Origin: Chiloscyllium plagiosum
Lineage: Eukaryota
DNA: 64,000 nucleotides
Assembly: GCF_004010195.1 (NCBI RefSeq)
Contig: NC_057720.1
Span: forward strand, 14,293,729-14,357,728
Direction: 5' to 3'
Below are positions 25,204 through 37,600 of the stretch, piece by piece. The first letter of the stretch is position 1; each line of letters starts with the position of its first letter. A model generated the notes under the pieces. It did no database searches. It had not been told where the DNA came from and saw only the letters and a list, made by a program, of their open reading frames with translations. A program made the position numbers and the translations under genes.

Positions 25204-26309
25204 CATAACACGGGCCCCACAACTCTGCAGTGGAAGAAAGTCATTTTCAATCTCGAGAGTGTTCCTAAGAACAAGAAGACATTTCAATGATTCTAGTTTC
25301 TATTTTTTCATAAACTGGCATTATATCCAAAAGTTGCCTTGCTCTGATGCCCTGATTCTGGGTTCAGATGATAATTACATTATCTGCGCATACCCTGTAA
25401 CTGAACTGTTTTGCTTCACACCAAAACTGTGGTTGCAGCGTAAGCACGTCCTTAACCTAGTGTGAGGTGTTGAACTGTTTTGAATCATGCCTGCTCTTGC
25501 TGCATTATCACTGTACATAATGAGAACTGGGCATAAGTCAGCACCTTTTTTTCTCAAATGCAGATAATGATTATATTCATAATGTTTTAGATCCACCTTG
25601 TTAGAAGGAGATTTATCTCAGTTAATGATTGTACTCAATTATTGGAAGTACTTGTACAGTAACTTTATAACCAAATAAGGGAACACAACTGGTAAGATAT
25701 GACCCATAAAGTATGCACCTATTTAAAAACATTAAGGCCACATTCCCTAAGGTGTATACCTGACATCATTGAAGCTATTAATAATTTACCTACTCTGCAA
25801 CATTGTGCTGCTGCAAAACCCCTTGCAGAATAGATCCAGCTCTGTACTGTAACCACATTACTGGATAGCACATATGCATAGAGCAGGTGGCGTTCACTCT
25901 TTTGCATATTTGAGAGAAATATATTACAGATATGCCAAAAATCAAAGTTAAAACTAAACTAAAAGCAAGAATCAATTTGCAGCTTTGAGTTTATTCAAAT
26001 GAGACAAATGGAGGGTTAGCTTTCCCCTTGGTCCTGTTTAGAAAGAAACAGAAGGACATACTCTGTCAAACTCCAGATCTCAGTTATGGTGAATGCTAGT
26101 GTATAGCTAGGCACTCTGTGCATAGCAGGGAGATAAATCAGGGCAAGCCTCTCCAAAAGGCCAGCTGGGCTGACAGCTGGAGGAGGCAAGGACATTGGCA
26201 TGGGATGCCCTTCATCACCTTGCAGTCATATCGGTGAATAATCCCAACAGGGATGGGTGACAGACACAAGATTGAATAGAAAAGGCAACTTCTGTGGGAG
26301 AGTAAAGAA

Positions 26310-26572
26310 GTACCAGATTCAATGCCACCCTCAGGCGACTGTCTGCGTTGAGTTTGCACATCCTGCCCGTGTCTGTGTGGGTTTCCTCCAGGTACTCCTG
26401 TTTCTTCCCACAGTCCAAAGATGTGCAGGTCAGATGGATTGGCTATGGGAAATGCTGGGTTGCAGGGATAGGGTGGGGGTTGGGTCTGTGTGCCATGCCA
26501 TACAGAGGGTCAGTGTAGACCTGATGGACTGAATGGCCTGCTTCCACACTGTACAGATTCTTGGATTCTATG
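26310..26572 (+). mobile_element. HE1-type V-SINE, 5'-truncated
   Basis: V-domain GAGTTTGCACATCCTGCCCGTGTCTGTGTGGGTTTCC and tail GAATGGCCTGCTTCCACACTGTA..GATTCTATG. Confidence 0.8.
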
Positions 26573-26964
26573 ATCATCGGATCTTGGCTATGTGCAGGAC
26601 AGGAATATCTGTAGCTGATGACTGTGTGGAAGACAAGGTTCACACAGGGGCGTTGATGAAAACTGCTGAAGTATTTGTACTTGGTACAGGATCGCTGGAA
26701 CGTGGAATAGAAATATAACATTAACATAGAGAGGCAGGGCTTTCCTAAAAGGCCTGGGATGGGAATGATTATCAAAGAGAATCAAGAGTGCAATGGCGGG
26801 AGTATCAGCATGTATGCCCACACAGACCTGCTACTCACCCCTCCCTAAAAGACTGAAATGTTAGCAATACCTGGTTCAAGAGTAGGGAAGCAAGAGGATC
26901 AACAGCTGGTTCTGACTCTATTTTGTTTTAACAATCCTTTAAGGAGGCATATCTGAAACCACTG

Positions 26965-27152
26965 AGGAAATGGGAGACAGGTACAGTTAGAACATTTAAA
27001 AGACATTTAGCCAGTCATATAAATAGAAAAGGTTTAGAGGGATATGGACCAAATGCAGACAAGTGGGACTCATTTAGTGCGGGAAACTTGGTCGACATGG
27101 ACAAGTTGGACCGAAAGGCCTGTGTCAGTTCTGTATGACTCTATGACTCTAA
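26965..27152 (+). mobile_element. CR1 3' end
   Basis: GGTACAGTTAGAACATTTAAAAGACAT followed by (TATGACTC)2. Confidence 0.8.
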
Positions 27153-28024
27153 GACATGATATATTAGTCCCGTGGCTTTTTGGAGCACTTGGAAGTGCTC
27201 CTATTTAGACTCCTGTGAACATTATTTGTATAAAGTCTTCCCTTTAATTCAATAACACAAAATTATTTCAATAGTTCTCGCTTGTGATTGGGATGTTTAC
27301 ATCTGAAAGAAGAATGTAGAACATTTCATTTATTTAAGGCTCTCAACTGTGTTTCAATGTAATGCTGGATGATCATCACATGACTTGTCCCCAGATTTCA
27401 GCCATTATTTGGTCAATATGTGCCCTTCCTTAGCAAATTAGAAATCAATTTTGGGTGATGCTTAATTATTAATAGGCCAAACAGTCCTTTCTTTCCTTTC
27501 TCAAGTTTTTTTTTCTAGAAAAATAAAATATTCAAAAGATATGGCAAAGTGAAACATTTTTAAAGCCGTTGCGATTTTTCTCCAGGGTTGCACACAGCAG
27601 TGTCCAGGAGATTGATTTTCAATTCCTTGAAGCTACAGGCCCTTCTGGAACATTGGCAACCCTACACTTGCTCCTTCATGTTCTTTCTCTGACCCACTGT
27701 GAGTCCAAATTTCTGCTGGTTCACTTGAAAACCCCTGATAATGTTGAGGTGGGGGAGGGGTTCCTCTTGCACTCATCGTGACATCTCTGGCTTCTGCTTT
27801 GTAAATGCCAGTGTTCCTAAACCATGCAGCGAGCCCAGGAAGCAAAGTAATAGTGAACGGTCAATATTAAACAATGCCCATCACACGAGAGGTTGCAGCA
27901 TCTCACTGCATTCCCACAAACAGTTCATATAAATTCTTAAGACAGCAGATGATCCCATAATGATTAACAATATGAGATAGAGTCTATCACTAGCACAATA
28001 ATGCCCTTCTATCATAATTACATC

Positions 28025-28375
28025 AAAGTTTGGGAGAAATTTGTAGCTCGGGTGCTCGTTGTTGTGGTTCTGTTCGCCGAGCTGGGAATTTGTGTTGCAG
28101 ACGTTTCGTCCCCTGTCTAGGTGACATCCTCAGTGTTTAGGAGCCTCCTGTGAAGCGCTTCTGTGATGTTTCCTCCGGCATTTATAGTGGTTTGTCTCTG
28201 CCGCTTCCGGTTGTCAGTTCCAGCTGTCCGCTGCAGTGGCCGGTATATTGGGTCCAGGTCGATGTGTTTGTTGATAGAATCTGTGGATGAGTCCCATGCC
28301 TCTAGGAATTCCCTGGCTGTTCTTTGTTTGGCTTGTCCTATATGTTGGAGAACTCGGCGAACAGAACCACAACAA
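28025..28375 (-). mobile_element. Penelope-like element 3' end (GIY-YIG C-terminus plus terminal repeat, family E)
   Basis: Minus strand reads IGQAKQRTAREFLEAW..SINKHIDLDPIY, followed by a hammerhead core. CTCGGCGAACAGAACCACAACAA near 28353-28375 is an inverted copy of 28059-28081. Confidence 0.85.
28097..28136 (-). ncRNA. Minimal hammerhead ribozyme motif (family E)
   Basis: CUGAGGA-U-GUC(12 nt)GAC-GAAA-C-GUC; core intact, stem I only about 2 bp. Confidence 0.65.
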
Positions 28376-29151
28376 TAATTACATCAATCAAGGTTATCAA
28401 TGATTTTATTCACTCCGAAAATGAGCTGTTGTAACAGCTCTGTATTGATAAAGATATTGGAACTCAAATGCTGAGCCCAGAAGATCTCAAGCAAAGCATA
28501 CTAGTATTAATGCTGTTAACTGGAAAATGTAAATAACTTGATGCCAAGTAACATATTATACACCTATTGTCTTTTTAACTACCTGGTATTGTACAGAGTT
28601 TTACTGATGGCCTACTCTGCTGACTCTAGGATAGCAATCCTCACTGGAGAGATACATTTCAAAATTAAGCAATTGCATCAATGTGCAATTATGAAAGCAC
28701 TCAGCTAATTAGATCTTATGATTTTGTAAGGTAGGAGCCTGATAATGAATAGCACAAATAGGACAATCTTTTTTTTATTACCACTTCCTCAGTCCCAATT
28801 CTTTCTTAAATATCTCAGTTTATTTTGCTCAGGTAATGCTGTTGATTATCATCAACAACACAGTATTGTCATTCGTCTGAATCCATGTTTGTGTTCACTT
28901 TAACTTCAAGTTAGCAAAGCATCAAGTAGAGTGGATATAATAACACTTGAAAGGAAGCTCGTCTGAACAATTAGCTCTGGCTATTATTTACTGTTCACAT
29001 TTTATTGATTACCTTGAAACCTCTCAAGGTCAGAGATGCCATTAGATTGTTACAGTACAGAAAGAGGCTATTCAGTCCATCACGTCTCTATGCTGTGTAC
29101 ATGGTAGCAATTTACAAATGACAAGCAGCACCACACAAGCAAACTAACTGC

Positions 29152-29428
29152 TTAGAATCTTCACAGTTTGGAAGGAAGCCATTCAGCCAATCGTATCCAC
29201 ACCAACCCTCTGAAGAACATCCCACACAGACCCACCCCTACCCTTACCCTAAGCCCACATTTCCCATGGATAATCCACCTATCTTGCACATCTTTGGACT
29301 GTGGAGGGAATAACGAAGACATATGGAGATTGTGCAAAATCCACACAGAGAGTCACTCGCGGTTGGCATCAAACCCAGGTACCTGGCACTGTGAGGCAAC
29401 AGTGCCAACCACTGAGCCACTGTGCCAC
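29152..29428 (-). mobile_element. HE1-type V-SINE
   Basis: Minus-strand head GGCACAGTGGCTCAGTGGTTGGCACTG, V-domain and CR1-like tail. Confidence 0.85.
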
Positions 29429-29699
29429 ATGGCATAATTTTTCGTCTAGTTTCCATTCCACCACATGTTCAGGCTTTATCTAGCAAACTTTTTATCTTTA
29501 TTAGAAGTAATCCAGCCAGATTAAAAATGGGCGCCAACATCACAGACTGAAACCAAACACAAAGCATTAACACATTACAAATTTATTATATATCCCCTCC
29601 ACATCGCTGTATATAACCTTGGTACTCTCTTTTTCACTGAGCACACAAGAACTAAGAAACAATGAAAATTGGAAGGCAAAAAGTTCCAAATCAGAATGG

Positions 29700-30395
29700 T
29701 CAACCACTCTCACTGGCACCAACCTCCTCCTATGAAAGATCATGGTCCTTCATGCAGAGATCATCCTCTGCACCCAGTGACTAACTTCCTCCAACCAGAG
29801 AACAACCTCCTTCTTACCAAGACCAGCCTGCTCCTTACTGTCAACAGCCTCCTCCACCCAGGAACCAACATCCTCCTTACTGGCACCAACCTCCTCCACC
29901 CAAGGACTAGCATTATCCTTACTAGCACTGACCTCCTCCACACAGGGACCAACATCCTGCTTACTGGCACTAATCTCTTCCACTTGGGAACTAGCACTCT
30001 CTTTACTGGCTCCAATCTCCTCCACCTGGGAACCAACACCCTCCTTACTAGCACTGACCTCCTCCACACAGGGACCAACATCCTGCTTACTGGCACTAAT
30101 CTCTTCCACTTGGGAACTAGCACTCTCTTTACTGGAACCAACCTCCTCCACTCAGGGATCAGCATCCTTCTTACTGGCTCCAATCTCCTCCACCTGGGAA
30201 CCAACATCCTCCTTCCGGGCACCAACCTCCTCCACCTAGGACCAACCCTTTCTTTACTGGCACCAACCTCCTCCACCTAGGGACCATTCCCTCCCTCATT
30301 GTCACCAACCTCCTCCACCTAGGGACCAACACCCTTCTCACTCGCACTAACTCTCACATAGAGAACAACAGCAGCCTCACTGGCACCAACAGACT
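29700..30395. repeat. Minisatellite: 21-bp monomer, 42-bp dimer, 126-bp higher-order repeat
   Basis: Alternating GGCACCAACCTCCTCCACCYR and GGRACCAACATCCTCCTTACT units; 29916-30009 is repeated exactly at 30042-30135. Confidence 0.92.
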
Positions 30396-31027
30396 ACCTC
30401 ACATACCCTGATTGAAGCAGAGGAATCAGATCCTTCACTGCTGGCAGTCATTTTCACATTTCTTTTTATTCTTCCATATACAACCATGACCTCCTTTTTC
30501 AAATTTGATGGCACATTTCATCATTATTTTGTTATAAGTTGTCAATCTCTATGGTTTCCTTTTTTTTAAACAGAGAACAGACACTCAGTAAGAGTATTCC
30601 TTTCTGCTGCATCTTGTTAAATCTTTACTTTTGAGTATACAATTCATTTTAAATTATTGTCACTGACAGATCTTACATGTTCCCTCAGTTCCCTCAATCA
30701 GTATGTCTCGTGCTCAGAGGTATGCTTTTTCTTACTCTCAGTATATGTACTCTAGTTAAATCTAGCAGCATGCTTTTGTGAGTTTAAACATAAAGAAAGT
30801 CATTTATTATCACATTTACCTGAACTCAAAGTGGAATGCACACATTTGTTCACACAAACTACAAATCATGGCTATTTCAGACTCTGGTTTACAGTCTTCA
30901 TATGCCACAAAGTATGGCTGGTTCCTTAAAGTTTTAAAGTTTAAATTTTACAAGATCTTGTAAAATAAATGACTCTGAGCAGCTTGTAAGGTTAAATTTC
31001 AAGGAAGTCGGTTCTCAGGTGAATGTG

Positions 31028-31254
31028 GGCTGAAAATGTGTTGCTGGAACAGCGCAGCAGGTCAGGCAGCATCCGGGGAACAGGAGAATCGACGTTTCGG
31101 CCATAAGCCCTTCTTCAGGAAGCCCTTCCTGAAGAAGGGCTTATGCCCGAAACGTCGATTCTCCTGTTCCCTTGGATGCTGCCTGACCTGCTGCGCTGTT
31201 CCAGCAACACATTTTCAGCTCTGATCTCCAGCATCCGCAGACCTCACTTTCTCC
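31028..31254. mobile_element. Penelope-derived fold-back element, family A (young)
   Basis: Arms of about 93 bp (31029-31121 and 31126-31219), terminus CCTCACTTTCTCC, perfect 15-bp TSD TCTCAGGTGAATGTG at 31013-31027 and 31255-31269. Confidence 0.92.
31127..31158 (+). ncRNA. Minimal hammerhead ribozyme motif (family A)
   Basis: CUGAAGA-A-GGGC-UUAU-GCCC-GAAA-C-GUC; predicted cleavage after C31156. An antisense copy with one stem-II mismatch lies at 31091-31118. Confidence 0.75.
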
Positions 31255-34200
31255 TCTCAGGTGAATGTGACATTTGAAAACATTGAGGGAGTCCTTCCCT
31301 CTGCTGTAGTCAGTAACTTATAAAGAAATACTGAGACTAATGATGTCAAGTTGGATGACTTGGGGTTAGTCCAACAACTTTTTGATGGAATTCAGCTTTA
31401 AAAGCATAGAAAACATGGCTGTTTCACCATATAAATCTTTCACAAGTTCAAAATCCTTTCTAAATAATGTGTGTAGTTACATTAATTACATATTCTGTGT
31501 TTTAGGTTAACACCTTGACAGTCATTGTTTTTGTGTTTGAATAACCCATTCAACTTGAAGAGGATACCCATTCGGATTAGTTTCAGGGAAGGGAAATTGT
31601 ACTTGTGGTAGTAGTTGTTGGTGTAGATTCGATGGGCCAAATTTTTTTTCTGCGCGGTATGAATCTATGACTATGTTAGCTTGGAATGTTTCTTTTGTTC
31701 CTTTTTGAGATGGGATTGCTCCCAATCCACAAAAGTAGTCAGGCGAACCTGATGCTGCCATCTTTTTCAGCCTTTTGGTTGAAGTTCTAAAAGATAAAAA
31801 TTGACTGAATGTTCATAATGTACTGGGGCATGACAATATTATACACTTAACTTTATGAAAGTGCTCTCAGCATCCTCTCAATGGCCAATGAGTTCACAAT
31901 CTCTGTAAAATTGGAAGCACTAAAAGCCAGAAAGCAACTTGTTTGTTTTTGCTGAGGTTTTATTGGAAAGCGCCTTATCTCAAACGTTTCTCTGAGGTGA
32001 CTCACATCAGCTTGATGTGGTGCTCTGCTTTTTGTCATTGTCTCAGTTTGACAAAAATAAAGCGTGACCATAAATGACTTTGTGCTTTGCGGTACATGCT
32101 ACTTTGTCAGGAACAGTCATAAGCACCATCTGGTGGATTCGAACTACATTACATCACCACATCGCTGATAAGACTAGGATTTTTTTGAAGGCTATTTTCT
32201 CCCCTCCCTCTTTCCTGACAGCACTGGAATCTTGCCTAACAGCAAAGTCTCTGCTTCTGTTAGCCAAAGCAATGATCGTTAAGGCACGGGCCATTAGATC
32301 CAAAGGGCACTATCACCAACATTTCAATCCTGTCCTCGTTCAATATATTTTCTGGTGGCTGGGCTGGTGGGGGAGAGGGATTTTACTGTACAGAGACCTT
32401 GGGTAAGAAGACTCTGTTGATTTCCTTCTCTCTTACCTAGGGTACACCAGTAATCACACCTTTGGCAGCAGCCTGACAGAAGTTGGCAGACTGGGAAGTC
32501 TTCCCTCTTCTGAAGATCTTGTTAAGTACATTTAGTTAATCTTAACTGGGCTGTGTGGATGTACTGACTGAGGTAGGTGAATGTTATGTCTTCAATGGGT
32601 TTGGAATTATTATCTACTGTTATTTGTTACTTCATTCAAACACGACAATTCCGTTTTTTTGAGACATCAACTTTATCATTGCTACCTTATTCTTGTTATG
32701 AAACACTAATTTTCAAATACCAATGCTAGTTTTCTGGTTTAAATTTTACTCAAAAAAAATGACATTGAATATCAAGGATAGACTGTTTATGACATTGCAT
32801 TTACCAGAAGGAACCAAATCAACAACTTAAACCACAAGTGCATTATTTTTCTCAACTCACACTCTTAGTATATCAATCTTGAATCTGCAAACTTAAAATC
32901 TAATCAAGTCTTTAAGTGCAGCCCACTGCTTGAACTATTTATGCAGCTTATGATATGAACTATAGGTATAAGACACGCCTGGTTCTAAATATGAGGTTAC
33001 AGTAATTTCTCAGTGGCTGAAAATAAAATGCAAATCCCTGTTGTAACTCCACTTCAAATAACAAAACAAAAACCCCCAGCTTTCAATTCCGCTGGAGAAA
33101 TGATTCTAGCTCCCGCAGCCTGTGATGAACCTGGCATATTTTGTTGCTCATTCATGGTCAACAACAGTTGTGGACCCCAAGGATCTGGATCCTTTTCAGA
33201 AGCTTGTGTCTTTAGTTGTTGATGCGTTGGTGGATAATGACGCTCCAGGCATTAAAATGCGTATTAATTTTGTTGCTTGAGGGGAAATTTACAAATGCAT
33301 GAACACCCAGTGGATGATTAACTTCTATAGGCAGACTGCCTTCACACTCATGCAGTTGAAACAGCTAAACAGAGAAGGAAAATCTCATCACTTGCCTTTG
33401 ACAAGGTTTCCAGGGATACATACTGACCTTGAAACTTGACTTGCAAATAAAAATCTTGGTGATTGGCGCAGAGGTCCTATTAATGTTTTCTGCCTGAAAA
33501 TTTGAAACAATATTCTTTGTCTCTAACAGCGAGTTTCCAAACTAGTTCCAAAGTTAAGCCTCCACTGTGTTCCTCCTCATCCATATTTTATCATTTAATC
33601 ATCTCAACTCATGCTTTAAAAGGTAGTTTATTTTGTTTTGTGATAAGGCGGGCAGATCTGTTGTTTTTGTTTTGTTTGGTTAATGGAAGAAAGAGAGACC
33701 ATTGTCCTTGATCTAAGCCTGTTCTGTGAAAGGGAGTCTGAGGGAGACAGCTCATCAAAACATGTCAATCAGCCATAATTGTTCTCCAGAAGGAACACTA
33801 TCAGGCAGCGGAGAGCGAACTCATACAAAGCACAGAGATTCATCACAGCACCTCATCCACTAATGAGCTCAGCTGCTTATTTTCAAGCTCTCTGCAGCCG
33901 CCATCCACCCTTGCCAGAAAGAGAGAAAGAGGAGGCCGCTGCTTTTCGAATGCAATCCGACAAAAAATGTCCCAGTACAGGTGTGAAAGCCCATAGGTGT
34001 TAAGTGCAAACTGCAGAAAAGCGCACTGTGTTGTTGTGTGAATGCCCAGTTTTATGCCATGGATATAATTCATGGCAACACATTCAGAAAAGAGTCAGAG
34101 GAGGAACAACTTCTCCACAGCAACTTGGAGGATGCGCAGCTTGAAAGGCTGGTAGAAACAGCTTCAATGGGATCCTTCAAAAGCAGGCAATTCCTTGAGA

Positions 34201-35639
34201 GGGGAATACCTACAGGACACTTTGGAATGAGCAGAACAATGGGACAAATTAACTAGGTCTGTTTGAGATTCGGCGGATGCACGATGAGTTGAATGGTGCT
34301 ATATCACTGGCCAGCACTACGAAATACAGAAGCATTGCCAACTCTATCCTAGGAGGCTTCAACACCTGACCTGCCTGCTCCCTTGTCCTCACTATTGGTC
34401 ACCCAATATGGCTGTATTTGAGGTTCATTCCCTTCCCATGGCAACAACAAAGAGCAGAGACCCTTCATTGTTGCAGGATGATTCTTGGGTGATTCTCATA
34501 CAACCTTTTTCTCAAATCAAATATTTAATGACTAGTAAAGGAGAGTGCCAAAGAAAATGAGAGAATCCACTTTTTATTCTGACTATACTTTGAACTTTCT
34601 CCTCTGCGGCAACATTCCAAAATTAAGTTTTAATTTCTTGAGGCTGCAGTAGCAGGTTGGCAATTGGAAGGCTCCTCCAACACACAGCAAATACGCACTC
34701 TTGGTCTAAACCAGGACATCATTCAGAAATATAGGGAAGCAAAGGGAACTAATTAATGTGTCTTGTATCTCAACTGAGTCCAAAACAAAGTTTCGAAACA
34801 AAGACAAAAGTGCAGATGCAAACAAAAACTGAAATAGTCAGGAAGGCACTTGTCATTGGGAAAGAAAATTCCCCAATATGACAACCTCAGCTAATACATT
34901 AGCCTCATTAAACTTCATTTTCTCCAATTCCACACATTAACGCTTTGTCCTTATTTTATCTACATGTTATTCCCAGGAATTTAAAACTATAAACCATATT
35001 GTTACCCTGAGGAAAACTGACTTCCAATTCAGTAAATTCAAATGTTAGGTGCAACCTTAATCTGTTTTTAGCGTGCAGTGCGATGATGACTAAAAGGTGC
35101 CAAAGTAATCATGCTGCTCAGGTTCCAGTTCATTACTCAGGCTGGCAAGGTCCATAGTAGTGAGGTTAAAATCTCAAGAGCTGGAAGATATGTGTCCTTC
35201 CCCAGGTCAGGAAACGCACAATAACATAAACACAATTATTCTTTGGAGAAAAATCATCCACTAATCAGTTGTCGATCAATAGCCTGACAAGGGAAGATAG
35301 TTACATCCCTGCTGAAGCTCTCTCGTACTAATAGTCCCTTCCTGTAATTACTTTAGGCTTGTGCAGGTGCATAAAAGGACAGATTGTGTAGTATACTGGA
35401 TTGAAGATTAATGAGTTCTGTCTATCTGTTTCCCCAGCAGCCAGCTGACTATTGCACTGTAACATTGTGGTCATTCTCACACTCATATCTCATTTGGACC
35501 GGTTTCTAGTTTTTTTTGTTTTGCTTTATTACCATTTATGAAATATTTGTCTTTCAGTGAAACTGTATTTCTCTCACTGTTGAGCTCTGATCTCTGTTAA
35601 AACCATAGCATTTTATAGCGCCGTTTGTACGGACAAACA

Positions 35640-36110
35640 CACAAATTAGAAACAGAATAGGCCATTCAACCCTGCTCTGTCATTTGATAAATTCATGGCT
35701 AATCTGGTTTTGGGTTCAACTCCACTTTCCTGCCGACACCTTATAACCTTTGACTCCTTTGACAAACAAGAATCTGTCTAACTCAGCCTGAAAAAAATAT
35801 TCAGTGACCCTCAATGCTCTCAGATGAAGAGAATTCCACAGACTAATAACCCTCTGAGAGAAAAGAAAATTCCCCCAACTCTGCTTTAAATGGGAGATCC
35901 CATATTTTTAAACGGTGTCTCCTAGTTCCAGTCTCTACCACAGGGGAAACATCCTTTCGATATCCAACTTGTCAATTCTACTCGGAGTCTTAAATGTTTT
36001 ACTAAGATCATCTCTCATTCTTCTAAACAGCAATAGATAACAGAGCCAACATGTCCAGCTTAATACACAACCCCTTCATCACAGAAATCAGTCGAGGCAA
36101 CCTTCTCTGA
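35640..36110 (-). mobile_element. Old CR1 3' part, decayed
   Basis: Reverse complement of FSQRVISLWNSL and a CR1 3' UTR (GAATAGGCCATTC..CATGGCT). Confidence 0.7.
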
Positions 36111-36721
36111 ACTACTATGCCAAGACCTTTGTGCATACGTGCGATTCTTGAAGTGTATGTGAGCAGCATGCAATTTATAGTAAAATGCACCTTATTATAA
36201 ATCTATTCCATTTTCTGGCAAAATGGAATCATGAGGGATCATTCAACTCTAGAATGTAATGGAGAAAATTCCACTCCGACTGTTGCTTGTGTAAATCAAT
36301 AAACTCCAAATTCTGCATTAGCCGATCATAAAGATATTACTTTAACAGCTATCAGCCTGTATATTGTATTATACTTTTGCTTCCAGTATAATATTCAGCT
36401 TTATGTATTTGGTTGAAAATTTCACACAGCGTCGTTTCAAGGCCAATATTCCTAAGCCCTTTTTGTTTTGAATTGGGAGCGAAACCACCTGGCAAATGCA
36501 AACACTGAACATCTGCACACATCCGAGTTCGGTATGATGCTGGGCAGACACACAGTTCATCAGATTGATGAAAGCCAGCAGACAGTAAGGGTAACTCAAG
36601 CAGTTTAGCACCTGATTTCTAACAGATGAAGAGGATGTTTGGAAATGTGGAATCCCTATTACCCAGAGCTGTTCATCCCGCTGAAGGTGTGTTCCATGGA
36701 GTTTGGGATGGACAAGACACT

Positions 36722-37040
36722 GGTTTGAATCAAGAGTGTGGTACTGGAAAAGCACAGCCGGTCAGGTAGCATCAAGGAGCTAGAGAATTGAGGTTTTGAG
36801 CATTAATTTTTCATCAGGAATGGGGCTTGCAGCCAAGAGGGCTGAGAGGTAAATGGGAGGGGGTGGGGCTGGGGGCAAGGTAGCTGAGAGTGAGGAGACA
36901 ACCTTGGGGGGGGGGGGGGGGGGGGTTACAGGAGAGAGAGAGACTCACTGACATCCTTGCAGACAGAGGAGGAGAACTTAATCAAGGTAGGCATCCTTGG
37001 AAGAGGCTTCACAGTAATGTTATAATCAACTCGGAGAAAG
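36722..37040 (-). mobile_element. Penelope-derived family-A segment with adjoining internal sequence
   Basis: GAGTGTGGTACTGGAAAAGCACAGC..TTCATCAGGAAT followed by a G-rich tract. Confidence 0.6.
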
Positions 37041-37600
37041 TGAGGACATTGGTTAGGACACTATTGGAATACTGCTTTCACTTCTGATCTCCCTGCTATA
37101 GAAAAGATGTTGTGAAACCTGAAAGGGTTCAGAAAATGTTTACAAAGATGTTACCAGGGTTGGAGGATTTGAGCTGTAGGGAGAGGTTGAAGAGGTTGGG
37201 CTATTTTCCTTGGAGCATTGGAGGCTGAGGGGTGACCTTATAGAAGTTAATAAAATCCTGAGGGGCATGGACAGGGTGACTAGCCAAGGTGGCAGAGAGT
37301 CCAAAGCTAGGGGACATAGGTTTAAAGTGAGAGGGAAAAGAATTAAAATGCACCAAAGGGACAGCTTTTTTCAGGAGAGTGTGATGCGTGCATGGAATGA
37401 GCTGCTGGAGGAAGTGGTGGAGGCTGGTACAATTACAACATTTAAAAGGATTGGTGCATGAATAGGAAGGGTTTAGAAGGATATGGGTCAAATGAAACAT
37501 GATTAATTTAGAATATATGGTTGGCATCGACAAGTTGGACGGAAGGGTCTGCTTCTGAGCTGTACAACTCTATGACTCTGACTATGACTCTATGACTATG
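37040..37600 (+). mobile_element. CR1 3' part
   Basis: RTLVRTLLEYC..RLRGDLIEV..WNELLEEVVEAGTITTFK with a TATGACTC tail. Confidence 0.9.

Noticed and set aside
29700..30395. CRISPR-like array
   Set aside because: Contiguous tandem units with no unique spacers, no cas genes, and a vertebrate context
31522..31761. 79-aa minus-strand ORF with AAGATGGCA start context
   Set aside because: No recognisable domain, no supporting splice or promoter structure, and length within chance expectation
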